From NCBI GenBank assembly GCA_030390025.1, contig JASTWF010000244.1, positions 1 through 64,000 of the forward strand: a DNA stretch of 64,000 nt, written 5' to 3'. Positions 36,814 through 48,000 of this stretch are shown here, piece after piece. Position 1 is the stretch's first letter; every line of letters starts with the position of its first letter. Source of the DNA: Squalus acanthias. Lineage: Eukaryota. The notes under the pieces were generated by a model, which was not told where the DNA came from, searched no databases, and saw nothing but the letters and a program-made list of their open reading frames with translations. The translations under genes were made by a program, and so were the position numbers.

Positions 36814-37718
36814 GTAATGTGTTGACTGGTGAAACCCTTTTATTGTACAATAACTATGTGTGTATTTGTGTTCTTGTAATTCTTTGGCTGCTTATTGCAT
36901 GTTTTCCCCAAATTAGGTTGTGGTGGGCCTTCTCCTTGAACAACAACAGTCCTTGTGGTGATTGTGCTCCCATAATGGTGTTAGATAGACAACCTGGCCT
37001 GGAGTTTCCGCTTTGGGCGCAATTGGCAATCCAGGTGCAATTGTGCCTAAAAGTCCACTAGTTTTGAGAAGTGTATTTTTTCCCCTGTTTCTGATCAATC
37101 TCATTTGCATTTCACCAAATGTAAAACCTGCCATGAACCAGCGCAATCGGGCAGCATTTTGGAATGTAATTTCTTTTTTAAATTTGCTTTAAAAAATATT
37201 CCTTGATGTATTTAAGAGTGGTAACTTGGTGCAGTTTGCTTAATACAGCTGAAAATGGCTTTATCACAAAAAATAAGCATTTTTAATCAGTGTCTAGGCC
37301 ACCACCTGTGAGTAACCCAATTTTGAATAACTGAAAATTACTTTTAAAACTATACAGGACCATTTGCTAGTTATATTGGTGTACAGTAGACAGTTTCTTA
37401 GCAAATTAAAAATAAATTATATTCAGAAGCTTTGAAAACATGCCTATTTGTGCCTTTGCTCCTAAAAAAAAAGCTTAATTTTAAGAGCCTCCTTGAAGGC
37501 CTGCAAATGGGAGCAATTAGGGAAACTTGCAATGGTGATGAATTCACTCTGGGGGCGTGGCCAGTTTTGTGGGCGGGGCTGGCTTCATGTACAATGTTTT
37601 TTAAACTCGCTTTGCATTGGACGTAATATGCACTGGCTTGGAAATTTTCGGATGAATTGTGCTTCAAAAAAACAGCACAACCTTAAGGAAACTCCTGCCC
37701 TGTGTATACATACACCAT

Positions 37719-38466
37719 GGCCCGTATTTTCCGATCAGAGGCTTCCTGCGTGCGAATGCCTCCGATCTGGAAAAAATCTACACCCTTACCTGAGGGCTCT
37801 GGAGGTCTGGACATTTCCGCTCCTGGGCCTCTCCTGGTGTGCATGCGCAGAGGCCCAGGTATCCCAGGGGCGCAGGCGGTTTGGAAGCGTCCCTGGGATC
37901 ACGTGGGCCATGGGGAACCAATGAAGAAGGAAATCCCCCCTTCATATTTTTGACAGGTCTCTCAGCTTAGACCTGTCAAATGTATGAATGGGGATCACTC
38001 AAAAAACACACTAAAACATTAATTTTTAGAAAAATCACGTTTTTAAAATTAGTTAATTACATTAAATTAAATATTTTAAACAAAAATTTTACTTTTGGAA
38101 AAGAAAAATTTTTTTTTTACTGGGCTAAAAGTAAACTTACCTTTTTTAAAAGTATTTTAAAGTTATAAAAGAGTGGAAATTTTTTTTAAACTCTTTTGCT
38201 GGTAAAAGCAGGTCTGACGCCTGCTTTTACCAGGTGTAAGATTTTTAAAGGTTTTCAGCGGGCGGAGGTTCTGCAGAAAGCGGAACTCTCCACCCACAGA
38301 GGCCCTTCTCCAGGTCAGGCAAATGATCTGTCAAGAGAATTCTTGACAGATCGGAAGTGCCGGTTTTCAGCGCATGCACTTCACATGCCTGAAACCGGCA
38401 CTTGCGAGGCCCCTACAGGTGTGTACACAGCTCGAACACAGCCATAGGGATCGGAAAATACAGGCC
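37719..38466. mobile_element. Non-autonomous Harbinger-like MITE
   Basis: TIR GGCCCGTATTTTCCGATC / GATCGGAAAATACAGGCC; interior related to 32467-33169. Partial copies at 41002-41472, 45631-45960 and 61107-61420. Confidence 0.78.
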
Positions 38467-38580
38467 ATTATCATGTCTTGTATATACACTTTTACCTGTA
38501 GTCCTAGCAAGAAAATAAAGCAGAGTAAACAAATGAGAACATTTCAATTGTCAAGTTTTATTGACTTTTGTTTTGATTAG

Positions 38581-39021
38581 CTACTCCAAAAATTACTGAA
38601 TTCAACAAACCTCTCGACATTCGCCATTTTGAGGTAGCCATCATCCGTTGCCAAATTACCGGATTTAAACCACAGGGGATTAGACTTGCTTTATTCTTAA
38701 AGAGGAAGAGGGATGAAAACCAAAAGAGAATTTTTTGCTGGAATAGTATGGACCAGATCGCAAAGAACCAAGTGAAAACAAAGCACCACGGAAAACTAGA
38801 TGAATTGCAGCTTCCTATGAATGAGTATGAACAAGATGCATTCTTTAAGTCCTTGGAACCGGAATATGAAACTAACAGTGACGGAACTTCCAATTTAAAG
38901 TGTGATATCAAAACGTATCCTGATTTATACAGCGATGATGGGGCTCAATTAACTATTGAAGTTCAACATATAACTCTTGCTTCACCTGTTATGAAAACTG
39001 TAACACTGGATGTTAAAGGAG
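38581..39021 (+). CDS. Exon A1: divergent C1-like Ig domain downstream of TM
   Basis: TTTTGATTAG acceptor, G|GTAAAT donor, 441 bp open, phase 1-1. Reads TPKITEF..IRCQITGFKP..NSDGTSNLKC..DDGAQLTIEVQHITL..TVTLDVKG. Confidence 0.8.
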
Positions 39022-39274
39022 GTAAATTATGAACATTTGCACTTAATCATTAATGTTTATGCTATGTGATTCTGTTCTTTTTTGTTAACTTGTGTATTTG
39101 TGCGTCTGAAGTGACATTCATGTGGTTAATAGTGGTAATGCAGTTCTGCCATCTGTAGACTCTAAATCATAGAAAATTCAGACAGCAAAATAATATTTTC
39201 TTGCTCTTATTAACTCGTAAAAATTCTTTCAGTTTAAAAAAGCGATTTCTTTGTTTTGTTTTTCTTTCCCAAAG

Positions 39275-39655
39275 TGCCACCAAAGATTTCAAATATTGTG
39301 GTACCACCTCACACCAATCATAATGAGTCTGTGGCCTTGGCTTGTCCAATCAATGGATTTAAACCAAGACCATTAAGTATCAAATGGCAACAAATCGGAA
39401 AGAATAATGATTTGAAAGAAATCGTTGCGCTGGATAAGGACAACAGAATAATCCACCCTAGTGACAAAGGGAAGTCGTCCAAGTATCACCATTCCATCAG
39501 TGAGATGGAGTATGATGACAAAACATACAGCATCACCAGTGTACTAGTTATTGTGCCAGATATACTGCAAGACCAGGACACGAAGTTCATCTGTAAGGTA
39601 CAGCATGAGTGCACCGGCAGTAACCAACAGAGAGAAATAATTCTAAAGATTCGAG
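39275..39655 (+). CDS. Exon B1: C1-set Ig domain downstream of TM
   Basis: Pyrimidine tract plus AAAG acceptor, GAG|GTATGT donor, phase 1-1. Motifs LACPINGFKPRPLSIKW..DKTYSITSVL..FICKVQHE. Confidence 0.85.
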
Positions 39656-40113
39656 GTATGTAATATTTTTGACAATACCTTGTATAGAACAATGGATCAC
39701 ATTTTGTTTCCAGATACTGTTTCCTTGTTTTTTGTAATGCAACAAAATTGCTAATTTTGTTTGGCATATCCTGTGAAGAGTGACATGTCCTCAGCGCTGT
39801 ATTTCTCTAATTACTCCTTGAAGACAGTGATACTTTTACAAGGGAAGTATTCAGAATGCATCCAAGAATATTCAGAACTCAAATATTTAATGGGGAAACA
39901 TATTAGCTGATTACCCTGGAGTCACTGATTTAAATGAGCTTGTTGTGTAACTTTTTATTTTATACTTGGGTCTTATTTCAATATTTTCAGAACATAATGG
40001 ATTAAATGTTCTGGTCATTGGCTGTGGATAGGCAAAGAATCTAGCCCACAATATCTCTAATCTGCTTGTGTTAAAGCCTGCGGTAATTTTCTTTTTGTGT
40101 GGATTTCTTTCAG

Positions 40114-40410
40114 CCACTCCAAAACTGGACCCAATAAAGTATGAAGCAGAAGAGGCTGTGACTTTAAACTGTCGAATACATTCTTTTTACCCCAGTGAAA
40201 TCACAGTTACATGGCTCAAAAATGGTGAGAAAATGACAGAAAAATCCAAAGTTAGTGCGGCAACTCTGGGAAAGGATGGACTCTATTACTTGACAAGTAG
40301 TGTGAAGATTGTACCTACCAGAGCTGATGTTGAGAAGAAATACACATGTCAAGTAGAACATGAGAGCCTAACAGAGCCAGTGGAAGCTGACTGGGTACTC
40401 GGTCAACTGG
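40114..40410 (+). CDS. Exon C1: C1-set Ig domain downstream of TM
   Basis: TTTCAG acceptor, G|GTAAGT donor, phase 1-1. Motifs LNCRIHSFYPSEITVTWLKNG..DGLYYLTSSV..YTCQVEHESL. Confidence 0.88.
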
Positions 40411-41586
40411 GTAAGTAACCAAGTTCTGACCAGAGTATAACTATTATCAGTTTTTTCTGAACATTTCTTATAAAAACATAACTTGCTGTGGCAGGGCATC
40501 TAACGGCATCTGCTGTTAGTTAGATTTGCCCTTGTATGATTTAGGTTTTTAAATTTTTGGCGTGGCAAGTTGCTGGAAGTGCGAGCTGATAACATCACAG
40601 CGAGGGAAACCAGGGCCTGAATTTTCCCAGTCCCAAGTGTGCGGGTTTGGGGGTGGGTCAGCAGTAAAAATCGCCGAAAAAAATAATTCTTAAAATTATT
40701 TAAACATGAAAAAACTTTAAAATTAGTTATAGGTTATTTTTAGCCCATTCAAATGTTTACATTTATTTTTCAAAAAATTTAATTGTTTTAATTGTTTAAT
40801 TTAATTGTATTTTAATTAATTTTGAACATGTAATGATTTTATTTTTATTTACCTGGTGTGTAATTGTGTTTTTTAGGGGATTCCGTACCTAAATGGAATC
40901 CCCACAGGATAATGGGGTCCCCCTGTTTGGTTGGCCTGGCCTACGTGATCCCAGGGACACTTGCGAACCGCATGCATCCTGGGATACGTGGGCCTTTACG
41001 AATGTATGAATGGGGATCACTCAAAAAAACCACTAAAACATTAAATACATTTTTTTTAAATCACGTTTTTAAAATGAGTTAAAAATATTTTAAACAAAAA
41101 TTTAATTTATTGAAATTTTTTTACTGGGCTAAAAATAAACATTTTTTAAAAGTATTTTTAAATTATAAATGAGTGAATTTTTTTTTAATTTTTAAACTCT
41201 TTTGCTGGTAAAAGCAGGTCTTACGCCTGCTTTTACCAGGTGTAAGATTTTTAAAGGTTTTCAGCGGGCGGAGGTTCTGCAGAAAGCGGTACTCTCCACC
41301 CGCAGAGGCCCTTCTCCAGGGCAGGTGGATGATCTGTCAAGAGAATTCTTGACAGATCGGAAGTGCCGGTTTTCAGCGCATGCACTTCGCATGCCTGAAA
41401 CCGGCACCTGCGAGGCCCCTACAGGTGTGTACACAGCTCGTACACAGCCATAGGGATCGGAAAATACGGGCCATTATCATGTCTTGTATATACACTTTTA
41501 CCTGTAATCCTAGCAAGAAAATAAAGCAGAGTAAACAAATGAGAACATTTCGATTGTCAAGTTTTATTGACTTTTGTTTTGATTAG

Positions 41587-42027
41587 CTACTCCAAAAATT
41601 ACTGAATTCAACAAACCTCTCGACATTCGCCATTTTGAGGTAGCCGTCATCCGTTGCCAAATTACCGGATTGAGACCACAGGGGATTAGACTTGCTTTAT
41701 TCTTAAAGAGGAAGGGGGATGAAAACCAAAAGAAAATTTTTTGCTGGAATAGTATGGACCAGATCGCAAAGAACCAAGTAAAAACAAAGCACCACGGAAA
41801 ACGAGATGAAGTGCAGCTTCTTATGAATGAGTATGAACAAGATGCATTCTTTAAGTCCTTGGAACCGGAATATGAAACTAACAGTGACGGAACTTCCAAT
41901 TTAAAGTGCGATATCAAAACGTATCCTGATTTATACAGCGATGATGGGGCTGAATTAACTATTGAAGTTCAACATATAACTCTTGCGTCACCTGTTATGA
42001 AAACTGTAACACTGGATGTTAAAGGAG
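41587..42027 (+). CDS. Exon A2: duplicate of exon A1
   Basis: Same length and splice sites as A1, open frame; about 9 nonsynonymous and 3 synonymous differences by eye. Confidence 0.75.
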
Positions 42028-42280
42028 GTAAATCATGAACATTTGCACTTAATCATTAATGTTTATGCTATGTGATTCTGTTCTTTTTTGTTAACTTGTG
42101 TATTTGTGCGTATGAAGTGACATTCATGTGGTTAATAGTGGTAATGCAGTTCTGCCATCTGTAGACTCTAAATCATAGAAAATTCAGACAGCAAAATAAT
42201 ATTTTCTTGCTCTTATTAACTCGTAAAAATTCTTTCAGTTTAAATAAGCGATTTCTTTGTTTTGTTTTTCTTTCCCAAAG

Positions 42281-44269
42281 TGCCACCAAAGATTTCAAAT
42301 ATTGTGGTGCCACCTCACACCAATCATAATGAGTCTGTGGCCTTGGCTTGTCCAATCAATGGATTTAAACCAAGACCATTAAGTATCAAATGGCAACAAA
42401 TCGGAAAGAATAATGATTTGAAAGAAATCGTTGCGCTGGATAAGGACAACAGAATAATCCACCCTAGTGTAAGGGGTTCGGTCGTAGGTGCTTGTGCGGG
42501 GTTAGGCCTTCGTCGCCTAATCCTATTGCTTGCTCTGGTCTCCGGCCAGCCTTGTTGCAATAAGCACCTGTGAGTGGTTCGACCCACTCGCCCTTACGGT
42601 TCTAACACTGGACTTAGGTGCGAGAGCAGTAATGCAGAGAAAACTCAAATAGACCCGGTTGAATAGTACGAAATGGAAATCTTTATTGCATAACGTCCAA
42701 AATCATGAAGTACATGTCATAGGCACAAATTAATGACAGTACAAGTATACATACATTCATAAAACTTGGTCTAGGGTAATGAGGAACGCACGGCACATCG
42801 TAAAAAGGGGAACACATTATATTTATCCTTAATAAAACCACCCTCCCCTATCAATACCTACACTAATCTAGATTTGTAGGATCGAGAAACATGCTCACCA
42901 CTCGTGATACTTCGGAGAATTTTAAAGTGAGGCGCTCGGCTCGTTTCGCTGCAGCGCCTGACTGTCACGTGGTTGGAGGGGTCTCTGTACGCCTCTTGTT
43001 TATCTCCTCTGCTGCGACCAGCAGGCCAGATCGTCTGTTGTCATGAAGAACTGTGTAGAACTCGGACACTTGGTAAAATTCGAAGAAGAGTCTTCCTGTG
43101 CCGACACCGGTTGTCGGTAGAATTCAAAGAAGAGTCTTTGACCGGTTCGTGGAATAACCGGTAGAGTTCAAAAATGGTCTATATATTTTCGGGCGCGGTC
43201 GGGGTTTACTGACCGCGGCGGCATGTGTATTCTTCTTCGTCTCGTCTCGTCTCGTCTCTTCGGGCCTTCGGGTCCAGACACCGTTTACCGACCCTCGGGA
43301 TGGTGCACCCGGTCACTTGCCTTTGTTGAGGCGGCTCGTTCCGTTTGAGCTCCACCCAACATTCGAAGTCCAGCTCTCAAAAGAGCTTCAGCAGTCAGCA
43401 AAGAGGAATCAGAGTTCAGCAGCAAGACAAGAGACCGATGGACATTTGTTGTCTATAGTTATAGTGCTGGGTTCCCTTATCTCCCGCCCAAATCTTAATG
43501 TTCATCTTTTGTAAAATCTTGGCGCTCAAAATTCCCAGTATGGGGTGATTCTTGTTTGTAATGGGTTTCGGTAGCGTCTGAGACTGGCCAACTACCCGTT
43601 AATGTTTTTCCCATTGTGGAACCGGCTAGGAGTCTCCCTGGCGGGGTTTTGGAGGCCTCCGAATACTTGTGTAAGCACCCGAGAATGGCTCTCTCATTGT
43701 AGAGCCGTGGGGAATTTGCGTATTGATGTATCTGGATGGGCCTTTGATTGCCCAGTACAATGGTCCTTACTTGTGCATGGAAAACGATTCCAGCACTTAT
43801 ATCTCTTGCTATTGTGTCGAATGCAGACAGGTCGCATCCTGTCTTTATCAATGTTTGCTGAGTATTATCCAATCTTATACTGAAATGTTTATTCGAACGC
43901 CATCTTGTCTGCCCACTGAAAATTCTGGAAACTTCTGTCACAATGCGTGGCGGCCATTTTACAGGCTTCTTGTGTCCGTTTTAATCATGACAGCATTTCG
44001 TTTAAATAAACTGCTTAAACGAATCTGTATTTCTCTCGTTATTTCAAATCGCGATAATTGCGAATTTTACACTAGTGACAAAGGGAAGAAGTCCAAGTAT
44101 CACCATTACATAAGTGAGATGGAGTATGACGACAAAACATACAACATCACCAGTGTACTAGTTATTGTGCCAGATATACTGCAAGACCAGGACACGAAGT
44201 TCATCAGTAAGGTACAGCATGAGTGCACCGGCAGTGACCAACAGAGAGAAATAATTCTGAAGATTAGAG
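42281..44269 (+). pseudogene. Exon B2, disrupted by a 1.6-kb insertion
   Basis: B-exon sequence is split at ..IHPS| by the insert 42468-44071 and resumes as SDKGKKSKY. The F-strand Cys is mutated (FISKVQH). Confidence 0.88.
42468..44071. mobile_element. Probable solo LTR (1604 bp)
   Basis: TGTAA...TTACA termini, CTAG 4-bp TSD, no recognisable coding domain. Confidence 0.75.
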
Positions 44270-44728
44270 GTATGTAATATTTTTGACAATACCTTGTATC
44301 GAACAATAGATTACATTTTGTTTCCAGATACTTTTTCCTTGTTTTTTGTAATGCAACAAAATTGCTAATTTTGTTTGGCAAATCCTGTGAAGAGTGACAT
44401 GTCCTCAGCGCTGTATTTCTTTAATAACTCCTTGAAGACAGTGATACTTTTACAAGGGAAGTATTCAGAATGCATCCAAGAATATTCAGAACTCAAATAT
44501 TTAATGGGGAAACATATTAGCTGATTACCCTGGAGTCACTGATTTAAATGAGCTTGTTGTGTAACTTTTTATTTTATACTTGGGTCTTATTTCAATATTT
44601 TCAGAACACAATGGATTAAATGTTCTGGTCATTGGCTGTGGATAGGCAGAGAATCTAGTCCACAATATCTCTAATCTGCTTGTGTTAAAGCCTGCGGTAA
44701 TTTTCTTTTTGTGTGTTTTTTTTTTCAG

Positions 44729-45025
44729 CCACTCCAAAACTGGACCCGATAAAGTATGAAGCAGAAGAGGCTGTGACTTTAAACTGTCGAATACATTCTT
44801 TTTACCCCAGTGAAATCACAGTTACATGGCTCAAAAATGGTGAGAAAATGACAGAAAAATCCAAAGTTAGTGCGGCAACTCTTGGAGAGGATGGACTCTA
44901 TTACTTGACAAGTAGTGTGAAGATTGGACCTACCGGAGCTGATGTTGAGATGAAATACACATGCCAAGTAGAACATGAGAGCCTAACAGAGCCAGTGGAA
45001 GCTGACTGGGTACTCGGTCAACTGG
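44729..45025 (+). CDS. Exon C2: duplicate of exon C1
   Basis: Intact splice sites and frame; LNCRIHSFYP..YTCQVEHESL. Confidence 0.75.
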
Positions 45026-48000
45026 GTAAGTAACCAAGTTCTGACCAGAGTATGACTATTACTATTTTTTTCTGAACATTTCTTATAAAAACATGTAGGG
45101 CCATAACTTGCTGTGGCAGGGCATCGAACGGCATCTGCTGTTAGTTAGATTTGCCCTTGTATGATTTAGGTTTTTGAATTTTTGGCGTGGCAAGTCGCTG
45201 GAAGTGCGAGCTGATAACATCACAGCGAGGGAAACCAGGGCCTGAATTTTCCCAGTCCCGAGTGTGCGGGTTTGGGGGTGGGTCAGCAGTAAAAATCGCC
45301 GAAAAAATTATTTAAAAAAATTATTTAAACATGAAAAAACTTTAAAATTAGTTATAGGTTATTTTTAGCCCGTTAAAACGTTTACATTTATTTTTCAAAA
45401 AATTAAATTGTTTTAGTTGTTTAATTTAATTGTATTTTAATTAATTTTGAACATGTAATGATTTTATTTTTATTTAACTGGTGTGTAATTGTGTTTTTTA
45501 GGGGATTCCGTACCTAAATGGAAGCCCCACAGGATAATGGGGTCCCCCTGTTTGATTGGTTGGCCTGGCCTACGTGATCCCAGGGACACTTGCGAACCGC
45601 ATGCACCCTGGGATACGTGGGCCTTTACGAATGTATGAATGGGGATCACTCAAAAAACACACTAAAACATTAAATACATTTTTTTTTAATACATTTTTTT
45701 TTTAAATCACGTTTTTAAAATCAGTTAAAATTACATTAAATTAAATATTTTAAACAAAAATTAAATTTTTTGGAAAAAAAAAGTTTTTTACTGAGCTAAA
45801 AATAAACTTACCTTTTTTAAAAGTATTTTTAAATTATAAATGAGTGATTTTTTTTTTTACTTTTTTAAACTCTTTTGCTGGTAAAAGCAGGTCTTACGCC
45901 TGCTTTTACCAGGCGTAAGATTTTTAAAGGTTTTCCGCGGGCGGAGATTCTGCAGAATGCAGAGATGTTAAATCATGAACATCTGCACTTAATCATTAAT
46001 GTTCATGCTATGTGATTCTGTTCTTTTTTGTTAACTTGTGTATTTGTGTGTATGAAGTGACATTCATGTGGTTAATAGTGCACTATGTGGGAAATCAGGG
46101 ACACTTCCTGTGTCCCTGACGACCATGTATGCGGGAAGTATATCCAGCTGCAGCTACTGGCAGACCGCTTTGCGGCGCTGGAGCTGCGAATGGATGCATA
46201 CTGGAGTATTCGTGATGCTGAGGACGTCGTGGATAGCACGTTTAATGAGTTGGTCACACCGCAGGTAAAGGCTGCACAGGCAGGAAGGGAATGGGTGACC
46301 GCCAGGCAGAGTAGTAGTCGCAGGTAGGTTGTGCAGGGGTCCCCTGTGGCCATCCCCCTCTCAAACAGATATACCACTTTGGATATTGTTGAGGGAGATG
46401 GCTTATCGGGGGAAGGCAGCAGCAGCCAACTTCCTGGCACCATGGGTGGTTCTGCTGCACAGGACGGGAGGAGAAGGAGCGGGAGAGCTATAGTGATAGA
46501 GGATTCTATTATAAGGGGAATAGATAGGCGTTTCTGCGGCCGCAAACGAGACTCCAGGATGGTATGTTGCCTCCCTGGTGCAAGGGTCAAGGATGTCTCG
46601 GAGCAGCTGCAGGGCATTCTGGAGGGGGAGGGTGAACAGCCAGTTGTCGTGGTGCATATAGGTACCAACGATATAGGTAAAAAACGGGATGAGGTCCTAA
46701 AAGCTGAATATAGGGAGTTCGGGGGCAAATTTTAAAAATAGGACCTCAAAGGTAGTAATCTCAGGATTGCTACCAGTGCCACGTGCTAGTCAGAGTAGAA
46801 ATAGAAGGATATTTCAGATGAATACGTGGCTAGAGGAATGGTGCAAGGGGGAGGGATTCAAATTCCTGGGACATTGGAACCGGTTCTGGGGGGAGGTGGG
46901 ACCAGTACAAACTGGACGGTTTGCACCTGGGCAGGACCGGGACCGATGTCCTAGGGGGGAGTGTTTGCTGGTGCTGTTGGGGAGGGTTTAAACTAAAATG
47001 GCAGGGGGTTGGGAACCTGTGCAGGGAGACAGAGGAAAGGGAAGCAAGGAGAGAAGCAAAAGACAGGAAGGAGAAAAGCAAAAGTGGAAGTCAGAGAAAT
47101 CAAGGGAGTAAATCAAACATGGCCACAGTAAACAATAATTCTAAAAGGTCTAAGAGTGTTAAAAAAAAACAAGCCTGAAGGCTTTGTGTCTTAATGCAAA
47201 GTGCATTCGTAATAAGGTGGATGAATTAGCTGCGTAAATAGATGTAAACGGATAAGATATAATTGGGATTACGGAGACATGGCTCCAGGGTGACCAAGGC
47301 TGGGAATTCAACATCCAGGGGTATTCAATATTCAGGAAGGACAGGCAAAAAGGAAAAGTAGGTGGGGTAGCATTGCTGGTTAAAGAGGAGATTAACACAA
47401 TAGTAAGGAAGGATATTAGCTCTATCAGCGAGTGCGAGTCAGCAGAGAGTGCTGAGTTTGGGTAAGTGTGAGAGTTCTTTAATTGTTAGTTCTCTTTAAA
47501 TCATTCTAGATAAGAGTACTTAAGCAGTTTAAGTGAAGGAGAAAAGTTAAATATTTGGGATTCTGTTGGTTTAAGAAGAGTAAAACAAGGTTACACTGCA
47601 GTAGGAGTAAATTGGCACAGCAGGCAGTGGAAACCAGTTTTCTAATCAATCAGCAGGGGTGACTCATTTGGCTGTAAACAAACAAACAGTATAAAAAGAC
47701 CAGTGCTAGTGCGAGTCAGCAGAGAGTGCTGAGTTTGGGTAAGTGTGAGTTCGGGTGAGTAGGGTATAGGGTGCTCTTTTCAAACTTTAACTCTGTGGGT
47801 TGTAGTTAATAAGGCCTTTCTGGTGCAGAGTGACTGTTGGTAAACCATTTAACTGGTGTAATTTAGAGGGATTGATTTAATTTAAATCCAATTAATTAGA
47901 GGGGATACCAGCATCTATAATCGGGCAGAGAGTGTCCATAACGAACAATAAAAAAATGTAATTAATTACATAGAATGGAGCAGGTGATGTGTTACTGTTG

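Noticed and set aside
38581-40410. ITIM/ITAM motifs in the post-TM exons
   Set aside because: Tyrosines are present (TYPDL, TYSI, LYYL) but none fits the consensus, and most lie in predicted beta strands.
43723-44277. 184-aa ORF fusing insert sequence to half of exon B
   Set aside because: Chance read-through from the insert; non-ATG start and a mutated Ig Cys.
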